In this document: positions 27,434-39,743 of the stretch, piece after piece | Position numbering within the stretch: position 1 is the first letter of the stretch | Layout: every line of letters begins with the position of its first letter | Source of the DNA: Eledone cirrhosa | Taxonomy: Eukaryota | DNA length: 64,000 nt | Direction: 5' to 3' | NCBI GenBank assembly: GCA_964016885.1 | Contig: OZ024740.1 | Coordinates: forward strand, 175,026,001-175,090,000 | Made by a program: the position numbers and the translations under genes | The notes under the pieces: model-generated | What the model saw: the letters and a program-made list of their open reading frames with translations, nothing else | Database searches by the model: none | Told to the model about the DNA's origin: nothing

Positions 27434-27876
27434 GTGATGGTGACACAACTAAACGCACCCGAACTAAAGAGATATCAAACCCTCATCAATAACATGAGCC
27501 CTAACATCCAATTCACTATGGATTTCAGGAATGAAAAACTTTTTTTCTAATACTAATAACAAAACAAAACATAAAGCTAGAGTGACATATATTTCAAACC
27601 CACCAACTTCCTACAATATTTCCTTTTTATATTTTTTCATCCTGCACACACCCGTACAAATATAAACTTAGCTAAGCCAAGCTGCACAATAGTTTCAAAC
27701 CCAACAACAGAGCATGAACTAAAACAGATGAAAAACATACTCATTAAGAGAATATATACCCTCAGAACCTAATCTATAATAGCATTCAAGAGCAGGACAA
27801 ATTAATATCCAAGTACTCATAGAAACAAAAACAGAAAAAGAAGGTCATACCATGCATTTCAACTTTTAACCCAAAG
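27430..27876 (+). mobile_element. Penelope-like element RT remnant
   Basis: LINNMSPNIQFTM..NEKLFF, DIYFKPT..QY...HP.HT, CTIVS..EL motifs typical of the PLE RT thumb region; flanked by (TA)n. Confidence 0.8.
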
Positions 27877-27922
<46 letters not shown>

Positions 27923-28272
27923 TATGACATTAGGAAAGTTAACGAAGAGAAGGCAATGAATGAAAAATAAGGCAGAACAAAAAAAACTAAATTTTTTTAA
28001 ATTTTATTTTGAAAATAAAAGACAAACAAAAGACACAGAACCCCAAGGTTTTCAGTCATCGAGATGGACTTTGGTAGTTTTGAGCCCTACCAATGCTACT
28101 GCTGGTCTACCTGGGATCACAGCCTCTGACACAAGCCAAAGCACTGTCCATGGATTAAAAGACAAGATAATAGAATGACTTACAGCAATTAAGCCATAAC
28201 AGGTACACATAGAATTTTATGTGATAACTAGGAGAAGGTATTGTGCTTTTTATGGAAAGGATATATAAACAT

Positions 28273-28505
28273 ATGATGGTGGGTTGAAAAGTTCATAGGC
28301 TTACTATGAAAAAGTGTGCATGACTTAATTTCAACTCTTCTTATTAATGTATCATTTCTTTCCAGGTAAATTGACAACTGATTGTGCAAAGACTTCAAAA
28401 GTAACTAATAGAAACTTCTCTTGAAAATGGACAACATTTAGTATTGTGGTGTTATCAAGTACCTGCAGAAAAAGGGTTTTCTTTCCAGGGACATTCATAC
28501 TGGAC
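28273..28505 (+). mobile_element. Mariner transposon 5' remnant
   Basis: TIR-like tgatggtgggttgaaaagttc; MDNI*YCGVIKYLQKKG..RDIH resembles the mariner N-terminal HTH. Confidence 0.65.
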
Positions 28506-28939
28506 TGTTGAAGTATATAGACATGCTTTTAAGCATCTAAATTCAACAGCATGACAGCCATATGTGACTGACTGACTAAGTAAGTACCCAACCTCTACCA
28601 CTCCTACAAAATCCTACAAAGTATCATTTCTAACTAAATATTTTTATCCACAAATTAATTAAGTGCCTATTTTAATTACAAATTTCTGCACGAACCTTGT
28701 TCCTGAATATCCACAAAGAAATTAGAAACCCATGCACTCATGTGTGATAAATAGAGAAAGAGATGGCTACACGTCTTTCCCACAAAAAAATACAAAAGAA
28801 TCGGTCATAGAATGAAATCAACATTCTAATAAATACATGGAAAATCCTTCTTGTATGAACCACGTTGCCACCCAATCATCACAAATCTTTTAAAAACCCT
28901 CAAAGAAACATTCTGAGCAAACGGAGGCACACTGAAATG

Positions 28940-29285
28940 TGTTCTCCTTCTTCTCCTTCGCCCACTTATCCCTGAGAGGCTAAATACTCCTTCCAGTGGG
29001 TCTTGTCAGAAGCAACCATCTCTAACTAGATCCCCAAGCATGGATGTTATCCAATCACCTTGCTCTGGGTCTACTCCTAGGTCTCCTGTTGGTTGGTTTT
29101 ATCCATAAAATCTGCCCAGCGATTCTTTCCTGAGACATTCTAACCACATGTCCATAGTATTGCAGCTGTGATCTCTCAATTTGGAGAAGCAGCAACTCAA
29201 CTTGGAGTGACACTGATCTCCAAGCTACACACTCTATCGAGTAATGTTAATCCAAAGACCCTTCAGAACCTTTATCCAAACACAA
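28940..29285 (-). mobile_element. Rex3/Expander-like RTE 3' end
   Basis: GLTLLDRV..LLQIERSQLQYYGHVVRMSQERI; homologous to 15346-15625. Confidence 0.85.
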
Positions 29286-29314
29286 ATACTCTGACATTAG
29301 TATAGAGACATCAG

Positions 29315-29735
29315 GGTAGAAAGAAGGAGTGATTGGAAGGAACAGCAACCCCAATTTAAATACGAATGGAGAGGCCTTATTAGACTTCTGTTCTAGCAAT
29401 GGACTCTCTATTATGAACACTTTCCAGCACACAGACATCCATAAATATACATGGTATAAGGGGAATCAGGGACAGAGATCAATAATTAATTTTGTTATTG
29501 TCTTTAATCTCTTCGATTCTGTGCTGGATGTTCATGTTAAGAGAAGGGCTGAGCTGTCAACTGACCACCATCTGGTTATCTGCTAACTGAGACTACCTAA
29601 AGCTAAAGAAGCCCACAAAATTAGTAGTTCTAAGGTGACCAACAGGATAAAGTGGGAAGTGTTGGTGGATAAGGAATTCAGGACCAGGTATACAGATACT
29701 ATTGCATCCAAGTTCAGAGAACTCCCTGAGCAAAC
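29315..29735 (+). mobile_element. Rex3-like RTE endonuclease fragment
   Basis: VIGRN..LNTNGEALLDFC..NGLSIMNTFQH..YTW..LSTDHHLV. Confidence 0.85.
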
Positions 29736-29799
29736 ATTGAAGTGTCTTTCTAATTAATTCACAAGCATTTCAAAATATTTTTCACTCAAATATTGTTCA

Positions 29800-32700
29800 A
29801 CCTGAGCAGCAGAATTAACAGCAACAACAGCCACAACAACAACCAATTTAACAGCCTCTGGCACAGCCACTTCTAAATACTAGCACAATGGATGATCTCA
29901 TGAATGACCAGGTCAAGAACTATCCTTGACATTCCAGCTATTCAAATTTGCTATTTTCTCAAACTACATCAAGAAACAAAACACCATCACTGTCAACATC
30001 TACTGCTAATACTAGCTCTCCAATTAGTGATGAAGCAGTCCTATTCCCCACTCCACCTCAAACTATCTCAAGAAATCAACTGTCATCATTGTTATCATCC
30101 TGTACTGCTACAACTACCACTCCAACCAGTGATGAAGCAGTTTTCTCTCCCTCATGCCCTCCATCTCATCCCAAAAACATAACTCACAACCCCAAGAAAA
30201 ATTTGCAAAACACACAAATTGAAATCTATCACAGCACACGCCCACAATTCAAAAATATGCTGCCATTCAATGTGAAACAGATTCTGCACAAACACCGACT
30301 GCAAATTCACACATCTACCTGAGACAAGACACAATTCATACAAACAACAGCTAACACCAAAGCACATATTCTACAATAACATCACCACGACCACCACCAA
30401 CAATTACTAAATCTAAACCACACTTAAAAACACCCACAAGCATAACACAGAATCCTAAAATCTGCTGATATTCCCAAAACAGATTATGTTGGCAGCAAGA
30501 TTGTCCCTTTACTCATCTTACAGGGACTCAATGCACCAATAAAATTAAAAATGGGAATCCAAGCCAACACCAAACCTACAGTAAAAATATCCCCTGCTGT
30601 AGAAGTGCTGCTCCAGATTTTCTAAAAAAAAAAAAATATATAACAGCAAACATAATCGCAGTCTTATCAAACAATGTGACTACAACTTCAGGCACCAATC
30701 ATTCCCTAAACAAGAAACACTATTTTATGTATGACGAATCTGGCCAAACAAATATTATAAAACCTTCTAGCCATTATGCAACACCAACCTCTGCTATAAC
30801 TCCTGTACTTAAACTCCTATTGCTGTCATGAAACCCACAAGAGTATTAAGTCTTATCCAGCAGTGCCATTTAGATAACATACTAATGGTGGTTGACTTCA
30901 AGCTCCCTTGTGATGATTAGACTACAAAGAGCTTGAAACCAGGTATTTCCACCTCAACCCTAGACAAAGCAGCAATAGAGTCACTCTTTGACTTTATGGA
31001 TGAGTTTTTCCTGTCCCAACTTGTGATCACACCAACAATATGTCACAAAAACATTTTGGACCTAGCGTTTAGTAACCAAACAAACACTATTCACAATACT
31101 AGTGGAAAAAGCCATCCTCTCAGACCATGACATGGTTGCTTGTAATCTGAGATTTCACCAGCCAAAAGTTAAACAATGACCTCTGTCCAGCTCAGCAATT
31201 TGATAATATAGATCTGCATAATGTAAACTGGGAAGCAATCATTCATGATCTTTCTCACACTCATACAATTTCACCAACATCAAAACATCTTGGAAGATAT
31301 TTTCAGACACGGTTATAAATATATGTGCAAAACATACACCTACAAGATGTGTGAAAAAAACTAAATGCAGAATTCCCAGGAATAGAAGAACTCATTAAAA
31401 AAATTAAAAAGAACTAACAAGAAATCTACGAACTAAAATACTGCCTGCAACAACACACCCATTCGACTGCTATTGCATTGCTTGAATTTAAAAAAAGCAT
31501 AACCTCCAAAACAGTATGAAGACCATCAACAATAACCAAAGAACAGCTGAGGAGGATTGGGCCATTGAGAAAATCAAACTCAATCCTAAAGTATTCTTTT
31601 CATTTACCAAAAATCACGAGGTCACTCACTGTCTCCACTGTTGGCCAGCTGATTATTGAAAATAACACCCTCCATGATGATGCTAAAACCATAGATGAGA
31701 TACTGCATAAACAATATTGTTGTTTTCAGCAATCCTGATACAGTTAATCTGGACAGTATCAGTGATGTTAACCCCCAAAACACTATATCTGATAATGTTT
31801 GGCATCTCTGATATATTAGCAGCAATAAGCAAAATCAAGCACAACTCAACTGTAGGCCCCGCTAGATTCCTTGCTAGTGTCTTGAAGAATTGCCAACATC
31901 AACTTGCATCCCCTCTTAATAATCTTTGGTGAAATTCACTGGATGAAGGCTATATCTCTGTACATTTTCTATCCCAGTCTGTCATCCTAGTTTTCCTTGT
32001 AATGAATTACCATCCAAACTCACTCTCCTCTCATATCATCAAGGTATTCGAGAGAGTAGTGAGATCCAATACAGATGTTATTCACCTTGATTTCAGCAAG
32101 GTCTGGCGATCACAACATCTTATTGAAGAAACTATCTAACATTGGAGTCTGTGAAAAGCTACAGCAATGGATTCAATATATCCTAATAGATATCCCAACA
32201 TGCTGTGGTCAAAGGAATATAATCAAGCTCAGCCAAAGTCAGTGGAGAAGTTCAACAAGGCACTGTGTTGGGTCCACTTCTCTTCATTAATTATATCAAT
32301 GACATTATCGATGTCATCAAGCCCAGCAAAATAAGAATTTTCACAGATGACTCCATGTTCCAGGTCATCAATGAAATGGGAGACTGGACATGCTTCAGTT
32401 GGATAAGCTCACTATTATCCAATGGTGACAAAAAAAACAATATGCTACTAAACAAAGTTAAATTTGACTTAATCCACTTTGAAAAAGAGGATGCATTGAA
32501 GTTACCATATTCTCTTCCTTCAGGTGAAACCCACATGACATCAAACAACACCAGAGACCTTGAAGTAATAGTTGACAGCAACTTAAGCTGAAGTACTCAC
32601 ATAACCACTAGAGTTGACTTGATCTGCAGGGTGTGTTCCTAGATTCTCAGAACTTTCCAGTCTTGAGAAATCCACACAATCCTCCTACTCTACCTTTGTC

Positions 32701-33085
32701 TGGCCCCACTGTGGTCTCCTCACATGAAACAAAGTATTATGAAAATTGAAGCATCCCAGAAGTCAATTACAAAAAAGATAGGTGGTGTGTCAGACCTTAA
32801 CTATTCAGGTTGACTAGAAAAACTCAAGCTCTACTCTTTCTAACAATGCCAAGAGCACTACATCGTCTGTATTGCCCAAATAATGTTGGCAACACCTTTA
32901 AAATCCACTCAAGGCTGATCCTTGTGCTATCCATCCACTACAAAAATCGAACTCACAGTTCATAGCAATGATATAACATAACTGCTTCACCTCAACTGGC
33001 CCAGCTCTCTTTAATATCATACCAAAATTCATTAAGACAGAAACAAATCCCATAAAATTCAAAAGTTCCCTGGACAAATTCTAAG
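29800..33085 (+). mobile_element. Degenerate CR1-group LINE (EN + RT, low-complexity upstream region)
   Basis: NILDLAFS..SDH, NPKVFFSF, IIKVFERVV, QGTVLGPLLFINYIND, RIFTDD, DLEVIVDSNLS; many frameshifts. The 5' boundary is uncertain. Confidence 0.8.
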
Positions 33086-33739
33086 CCCTTTACAGATAAC
33101 GGATGGCAATATAGCCATGTCTGAAAATGCATGAAAAGCTTGTGGTAGCCTTTAATCACTAATGCAATTGTTTATAACCATTTTTAATAGTCTATTAAAA
33201 TGTTATTGAATGTCCCCAAATCTAACACATTATTTAGTTCTACACCTACTACAAATGTGCCAAAACTTAAGACTTTGGGATTTAGATAGGTCTGAAAACA
33301 CATGAAAAGCTTACATTCACGTAGTGAAATCAGCTGTTTGTTACATGCAACAAAATAGGCTTCACATAGATATTTAAAAAATTGCCCAAACAAAGTTTCA
33401 TTTTCAAAAACCTAAAAAGAAAATTTGAAAATGATTATCACCTCAGTTTCAAAGATATTACATCACAAATATGGCTAATTATTCATTTAGGCCTAATTAG
33501 GCAAGGTTTCGACCAATTCATTGACCATTCAAATTGTCATATTTCCTAAAATATTCATCCAAATTTCACAAGTGAGGTATCAAAATATTTCTTTTTGAAT
33601 CCTCTCCAAGAGAAAGTACAGAAGTTAGAATTGAATATTTTCAAAAGTTCAGTGATACCTAATATATATATAATGCTACTGAAATTACTCTCTGAGGTTT
33701 GCAGATTACCACAGAACTGAGAATTTTTGGTTGTCAAAA

Positions 33740-33790
33740 TTAGGGTGCGTCCTCGAGGACGAAGCGTCTTCGGTGCTGGGAAATACGGTA
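33740..33790. mobile_element. Tc2/pogo-like terminal remnant
   Basis: gggtgcgtcc...gggaaatacggTA terminus. Confidence 0.45.
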
Positions 33791-34193
33791 ATAAATATAT
33801 AATATTCTCTATTTTCGTATTGAGTACTTTTTCCTTCTGTTTGTAAATATATATATATATAAAATTAATAAAGTTTTCCAGAAAAGGAAAGGAAGGTAAT
33901 CAGTTAAATGAGGTATGCAATATAGAAATGACTTCTACATGACTAGCATTCATTTGAAATCATCAGCAATGTAAACATTTTTTATGTACTAATGTGTTGA
34001 GTATCTCATTTACCTGTGGTTCCTTTCCATTCCTCTTTAAAAAACCATTCTTAATTATTTAGCTTCTCAATTGAGCCCCTAACAACTATATACAATGGAA
34101 CATTCTTGATAATTTCAAATGATTGAAAGATCTTTTCCTCTAGAAGTCATTTCTATATACAATAAACAAACATATTATATATATGTATGTTTG

Positions 34194-34385
34194 TGTGGAT
34201 TGGCAGTATCGGGAGAGGGTCAAACGCCATGCTTTGCAGCATAGAGCTATGGCCTTTTATGGTCTGAGTTCAAATCCCCCTCCCGAGGTTAACTTTGCTT
34301 TTCATCCTTACGGGGTCGATAAAATAAAGTACCAGTAATGCACTGGGATAATTGCTGGCCTTGTGCCAAAAATAGAAACAATTAT
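34194..34385 (+). mobile_element. SINE family 2
   Basis: Forward copy. Confidence 0.9.
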
Positions 34386-34437
34386 ATGTGTGTGTGCGTA
34401 CATATGTATATATGTGTGTGCATACACACACACACAC

Positions 34438-34518
34438 ACAGGGTGTGTGTCCCCCCCCCCAGGTAATGTTTATTAGAATGCTGTTGAAGTGTGTATACAT
34501 TTTTGGGGACACCCTATA
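34438..34518. mobile_element. Tc1-like mini-MITE
   Basis: cagggtgt... / gtatacatttttggggacacccta-TA; related to 53662-53750. Confidence 0.55.
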
Positions 34519-34749
34519 TATATATATATATACATACACACACACACATTTTGTTTTACTTTTTACTAGTTTGAATATTTTGTTTATTTTTTTACTGCCT
34601 GTAAGTGTACAATATAGAATACTAAAATAATACCAAATTGAAATATGTACTAGCGGCTCTACGATCAAGTGAAAGCTCTTGAGAATGATGCTCTAGAATG
34701 GCCACAGTCCAATGAAAACAAAACAAACAAAAGAACAAAATATAAGTAT

Positions 34750-35102
34750 ATGGAGGCACATGGCTTAGTGGTTAGAGCATTGGCCTTGCAATCGAAAGGT
34801 TGTGAGTTCAATTCTCAGACCGGGTGGTGTGTTGTTTCCTTGAGCAAGACACTTTATTTCACATTGCTCCAGTTTACTCAGCTGTAGAAATGAGATGATA
34901 GGGACTGGGGTCCATATCATTCCACTGCAAAGTGGTCGTGGAGGTGCCACAGCAAAAAAGAACCCAGCACTCACTGTAAATGAGGTTGGTATTAGGAAGG
35001 GCATCCAGCTGTATAAATCGAGCCAGAATCAGTTCCTGTCCCACCCTTGCAAGCAGGGAAAAGCGGACGTAAAATGATGATGATGATGATGATGATGATG
35101 AT
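34750..35102 (+). mobile_element. SINE family 1
   Basis: Full head, core and (ATG)n tail. Confidence 0.93.
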
Positions 35103-35405
35103 ACACATATACACACAAGCACCTTTTCTTTTCGAGATAATTTTCAGATCTGATAATCTTTTTTTCCCTCTTCTACTTAATCAAGAACATCACCACTGTC
35201 ATCATCATAACCACCCTTACTACTATCATCATCACAAACATTATAGCTGTTGCTTGTATGTTTTCTTGTTAGCAGATATGAACCAACATTCCACAATATC
35301 TGATAATCTCACCATAAATTATTAACATATCTTCCTTATCTCTCTCTCACTCATGTTCTCTCTATTTCCTCTCCTACTTTATATTATTTCATTTTTCTCT
35401 TGCTA

Positions 35406-35409
<4 letters not shown>

Positions 35410-35474
<65 letters not shown>
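35410..35474. repeat. (CT)n microsatellite
   Basis: Direct read. Confidence 0.95.
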
Positions 35475-35478
<4 letters not shown>

Positions 35479-36740
35479 GTTAGAGAAATCTTATAAAAAA
35501 TGATGTAAATTGTGCATATTACAGACTGCAGGTACCCAAAGTAACCATTACTATTGCCTTCAACCTCATCACTGTTATCCTCCTCCTCAGCATCACCATA
35601 ATTTCTTTCCATGACAACTAACATCATTGTATAATCTTTACTCTGCATACACATTTTGCATTCTGTTTTCAAATCATTGCATGTAAAAGATGCCACTTTG
35701 AAACTATTTCCTTCTTCTATGAATGTCAATTTCACTTATTCACTAATTGATCAATGATTCCATAATTCCTAATGAAATCATAAGGGTGCTATCATATGTG
35801 ATGCTTTGGGTATTTTAAGCCTGGCAGCACCCACCCCTGTCTAAGTTTAATCACTTTGATTTCTTCTGAGAGAGAGAGAGAGAGAGTATTGATACCTCTC
35901 CACCTCTCTCCCGACTAGACTAGTAATTTATTGACCTAAAGGCAAAGAGTTATGGGAGAGGAAAGAGGCAAATAAGTAGTTTCTTGTAAAAACTGTCACG
36001 TTTTAATTATTCAATCAATGCTTAAATAGCATTTACAAATTATTAAAACTCTACAGCAGGAAGATGCTGAAGAATATCATCATCATCATCATTATTATTA
36101 TCGTTTAACGTCCTCTTTCCACGCTAGCATGGGTTAGACGGGTTGTCCCATTTGAGGTAAGTTGGGTCAGGTGACAGTGTTTTGCTCATATAGGACTGGC
36201 TATATTTCTACAGCTGGGTGCCCTTCCTAATGCCAACCACATTTACAGTGGGTGCTTTTTGTCGTGACTCCTACAAGACCACCTTACAGTGTTATCTATT
36301 GTATATTCTCGAAAAAAGGAATTGTTCAAAACAATTTAGAAAACTCTGATTTAGAAAATGTTTAGTAGATAAAACATGAAACCAAAAATAGATGATAGGA
36401 GAGGAGAGATAGATGACATAGTCTGCTACTCAAGAGGAACAGGAATTTTTGAAGTAGTGATAGAAGATTGAGAAAGGGGAGATAAAATATAAACAAGAGA
36501 AAAAAGAATGAAATGATGAAGAATGCTGAGCGTTCCTTGCCAATCATATAAACTTTCCAAAGCAAACTGAGAGAGAAGTACAGGTCTCTGGGAGATGTGG
36601 TGAGCTAAAGAAGTGGTGATGCTATTGAGAAGTACATGAATACCTGATACACTAGAGCAGCTCAAATATTTCTGGAATTGAGTACTAGACATTGGGTACA
36701 AGACATTGAGAACGATAGAGAGAACAAGAACATGTCAAGG

Positions 36741-36774
<34 letters not shown>

Positions 36775-36779
<5 letters not shown>

Positions 36780-37878
36780 AAAGATGTAGTGGGATCACAG
36801 GTAAACTATCTAAGAATATAGATTTTATATGTGGCCGGTGCTCTGGTGCAATAAGTAGCAGCAAGTGCCCACATAATACTAACTCGTTCCATTGCACAGG
36901 TGGTTCTATAGAAATAGTGGACAGCTTCCGTTACCTGGGTGATAAAATCAGCAGTGGGGGAGGGTGCTCTGAAAGTACAGTAGCTAGGGTCAGAACGGGA
37001 TGGAAAAAGTTCAGAGAGCTTATACCACTATTGGCCGCTAAAGGGTTCTCTCTAAAAATGAAGGGCAGGCTGTATGATGCCTGCATACGAACAGCAATGT
37101 TACATGGCAGTGAGACCTGGGCATTGTGTGCAGAGGATATACACAGACTGGAGAGAAACGAAGCGTGCATGCTCCGCTGGATGTGTAATAGTAACATACG
37201 TGAACGGCAAAGCATAAACGTACTAAGGGAGAAATTAGAAATAAGAGGGATCAGTTGTTGTTTACTCGAGAGAAGACTACGTTGGTATGGTCACGTGATG
37301 CGCATGAAAGACGACAGCTGTATAAAAAAGTGCAGGGCAATAAAAATAGACGGTAGCCACGGAGTAGGCAGACCCAGAAAAACCTGGGACGACTTGATAA
37401 ATTCCGACCTCACACACTTACACCTCTCCAAGGCAATGTCACTGGACCAAGATCTTTGGCGCTACACAGTAATACAGAAGACCCACCTTACCTAAGTACA
37501 AAGTGAAACCTACTACAGTCAGTAGGCACCTCTAACAAAATACACCCCATCCCACTACCCCCACCCTATCCACACCACCCATTCAATGTAAAGTTATGTT
37601 GGTGTCACAACATCCAGCCCGAAACAAATGAGGTCGTGTAGGTGTCACGACAAAAAACACACAGTCCACGCTGTAATGTGGCCGTGTAGGTAACACGGTA
37701 AAAACCTCCCAGTTCCACACTGTAAATGTGATTGGTGTTAGGAAGGGCATCCAGCCGTAGAAAACCCGCCACAGTCCTATGCAAGCAAGACAACCACTTT
37801 TGCCTCAAGTGGGAAAACCCCCGTCCAAACCCATGCAAGCGTGGAATACGGACGTTAAACGATGATGATGATGATGAT
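36775..37878 (+). mobile_element. 5'-truncated RTE LINE, subfamily A
   Basis: ORF 36917-37495; begins inside the PHD finger (HKRC) after (TA)n; (ATG)n tail. Confidence 0.95.
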
Positions 37879-37989
37879 ATATATATATATATATATATAT
37901 ATGTAGGAGGTGAGTTTTATAGTACAATAAAGCAATGCAGATATCGGATAAGAAGCACTCTACAGTTTGTAGGACTGGAGTATAGATAA

Positions 37990-38234
37990 TATATAAGATC
38001 AAAAGATGGTTAAAAGAGTTCCATGTATTTTATAATGTTTATCCAAAAGCATTTCAAAAACAAATATCATCATGCAATAACATTTGTGTTTTCATCAGAT
38101 AAAATAGGAAGACATATCATGTCTTCCTATTTTATCTGATGAAAACACAAATGTTATTGCATGATGATATCTGTTTTTGAAATGCGCATAATAAAATACA
38201 TGGAACTCTTTTAACCATCTTTTGATCTTATATA
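37990..38234. repeat. Fold-back element, ~120-bp arms, 3-nt loop
   Basis: Arms meet at gacat-atc-atgtc (38111-38123). Confidence 0.95.
38128..38198 (+). ncRNA. Type I minimal hammerhead ribozyme
   Basis: tattttat-CTGATGA-aaaca..tgttttt-GAAA-tgcgca-TA-ataaaata; 8-bp stem I; palindromic stem III. Confidence 0.8.
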
Positions 38235-38237
38235 TAT

Positions 38238-38587
38238 CATCATTTTCATTTCATCATTTCATTTTACGTCCGCTTTTCCCTGCTTGCAAGGGTGGGACGG
38301 GAACTGATTCTGGCTCGATTTCTACAGCTGGATGCCCTTCCTAACACCAACCTCATTTACAGTGAGTGCTGGGTGCTTTTTTGCCGTGGCACCTCCACGA
38401 CCACTTTGCAGTGGAATGATAGGGACCCCAGTCCCTATCATCTCATTTCTACAGCTGAGGAAACTGGAGCAATGTGAAATAAAGTGTCTTGCTCAAGGAA
38501 ACAACACATCACCCGGTCTGAGAATTGAACTCACAACCTTTCGATTGCAAGGCCAATGCTCTACCCATTAAGCCATGTGCCTCCATA
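38238..38587 (-). mobile_element. SINE family 1
   Basis: Reverse copy of 10939-11278. Confidence 0.93.
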
Positions 38588-38717
38588 TATATATATATAT
38601 ATATATGCGTGTGTGTGTGTGTGTGTCATTGTTTAACGTCCATCTTCCACACTAGCATGGGTTAGACGGTTTTGTTCCACTTGAGGCAAGATTGGTCTGG
38701 AATATATATATGTATAT

Positions 38718-38905
38718 ATTGTTTCTACTTTAGGCACAAGGCCAGCAATTACCCAGTGCATTACTGGTACTTTATTTTATCGACCCCGTAAGGATGAAAG
38801 GCAAAGTCAACCTCGGCGGGATTTGAACTCAGTTCGTTAAGGGACGTAACACGCTGGAAAGCATGGCGTCCGACCCTCTACCGATACTGCCAATCCACCG
38901 CCCTT
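38718..38905 (-). mobile_element. SINE family 2
   Basis: Near-consensus reverse copy. Confidence 0.92.
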
Positions 38906-39029
38906 ATATCCACCCTATATATGTATATATTGATTGTTTTATAGGTTTGTGCAATAAATGAATTTGATATACTGTTTATAGAATCAAAATAATATTTCTG
39001 ATAATACTGATGTTAGTCCTTGTCATTTC

Positions 39030-39340
39030 CAATGACCAGTTTCTAGTTAATTCAATCAATGGAACAGCTTGTTCATGAAATTTAGATGTAAGTGGCTGAG
39101 CATTCTACAGACACGTGTATCCTTAGTGCAGTTTTCAGAGAGATTCAGCATAACAATGTATGACTATGCTGGCTCCTTGTAATACACGTACTGCTAATTT
39201 TTGCCAATTGAGTGGACTGAAGCAATGTTAAATAAAGTATCTTGTTCAAAGACATAATGCACTACTGAGTTTGAGAATCAAATTTACAACCTTACAATCA
39301 AAAGATGAACACACTAACATCTAAGCCATGTGCCTTCATG
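39030..39340 (-). mobile_element. Older SINE1-related element
   Basis: ctaagccatgtgccttca head and aagcaatgttaaataaagtatcttgttcaa core, with a different tail. Confidence 0.7.
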
Positions 39341-39704
39341 CACACCAATACTACCAGCTTCTCAGAATGCTATATTAAGAAGCTGGTAGTATAAGTGAAA
39401 CCTCAAAATAAACAGTCATTATTATTAATAAACATTATTCTAAATTAACCAAATATTATCTTGAATTAACCAAATTTTGTTTGCACTCCTAGCTTTACAA
39501 AGCTTCTGAAAGATGATAATTGGCAGCTAGATGTGCTTCAGTGTAATGGAAAAATGTGGTCCTGCTGCATATGACAGATACATGGTTCAATTCCTGCAGG
39601 TGTTTTTGTCCACTTTTTCATTCTCCAGGGATACTTTACTTGACTTATACAACAATTATTTATAGTTATTTGCAATATGGCAGATTCTCAAAAAACAAAC
39701 ATAT

Positions 39705-39741
<37 letters not shown>

Positions 39742-39743
<2 letters not shown>

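Noticed and set aside
28184-28227. Small minus-strand exon
   Set aside because: Splice-like motifs only, at a level expected by chance.
29948-30322. Ser/Thr/Pro-rich ORF as a host gene
   Set aside because: Low complexity with a short internal duplication, directly upstream of a decayed CR1-like ORF2; probably an element remnant.
35472-35735. Acidic ORF as a host exon
   Set aside because: No recognisable domain or convincing splice sites; partly simple-repeat derived.
36360-36740. Possible R4-like LINE remnant
   Set aside because: Purine-rich and LINE-like, but no reliable motif.
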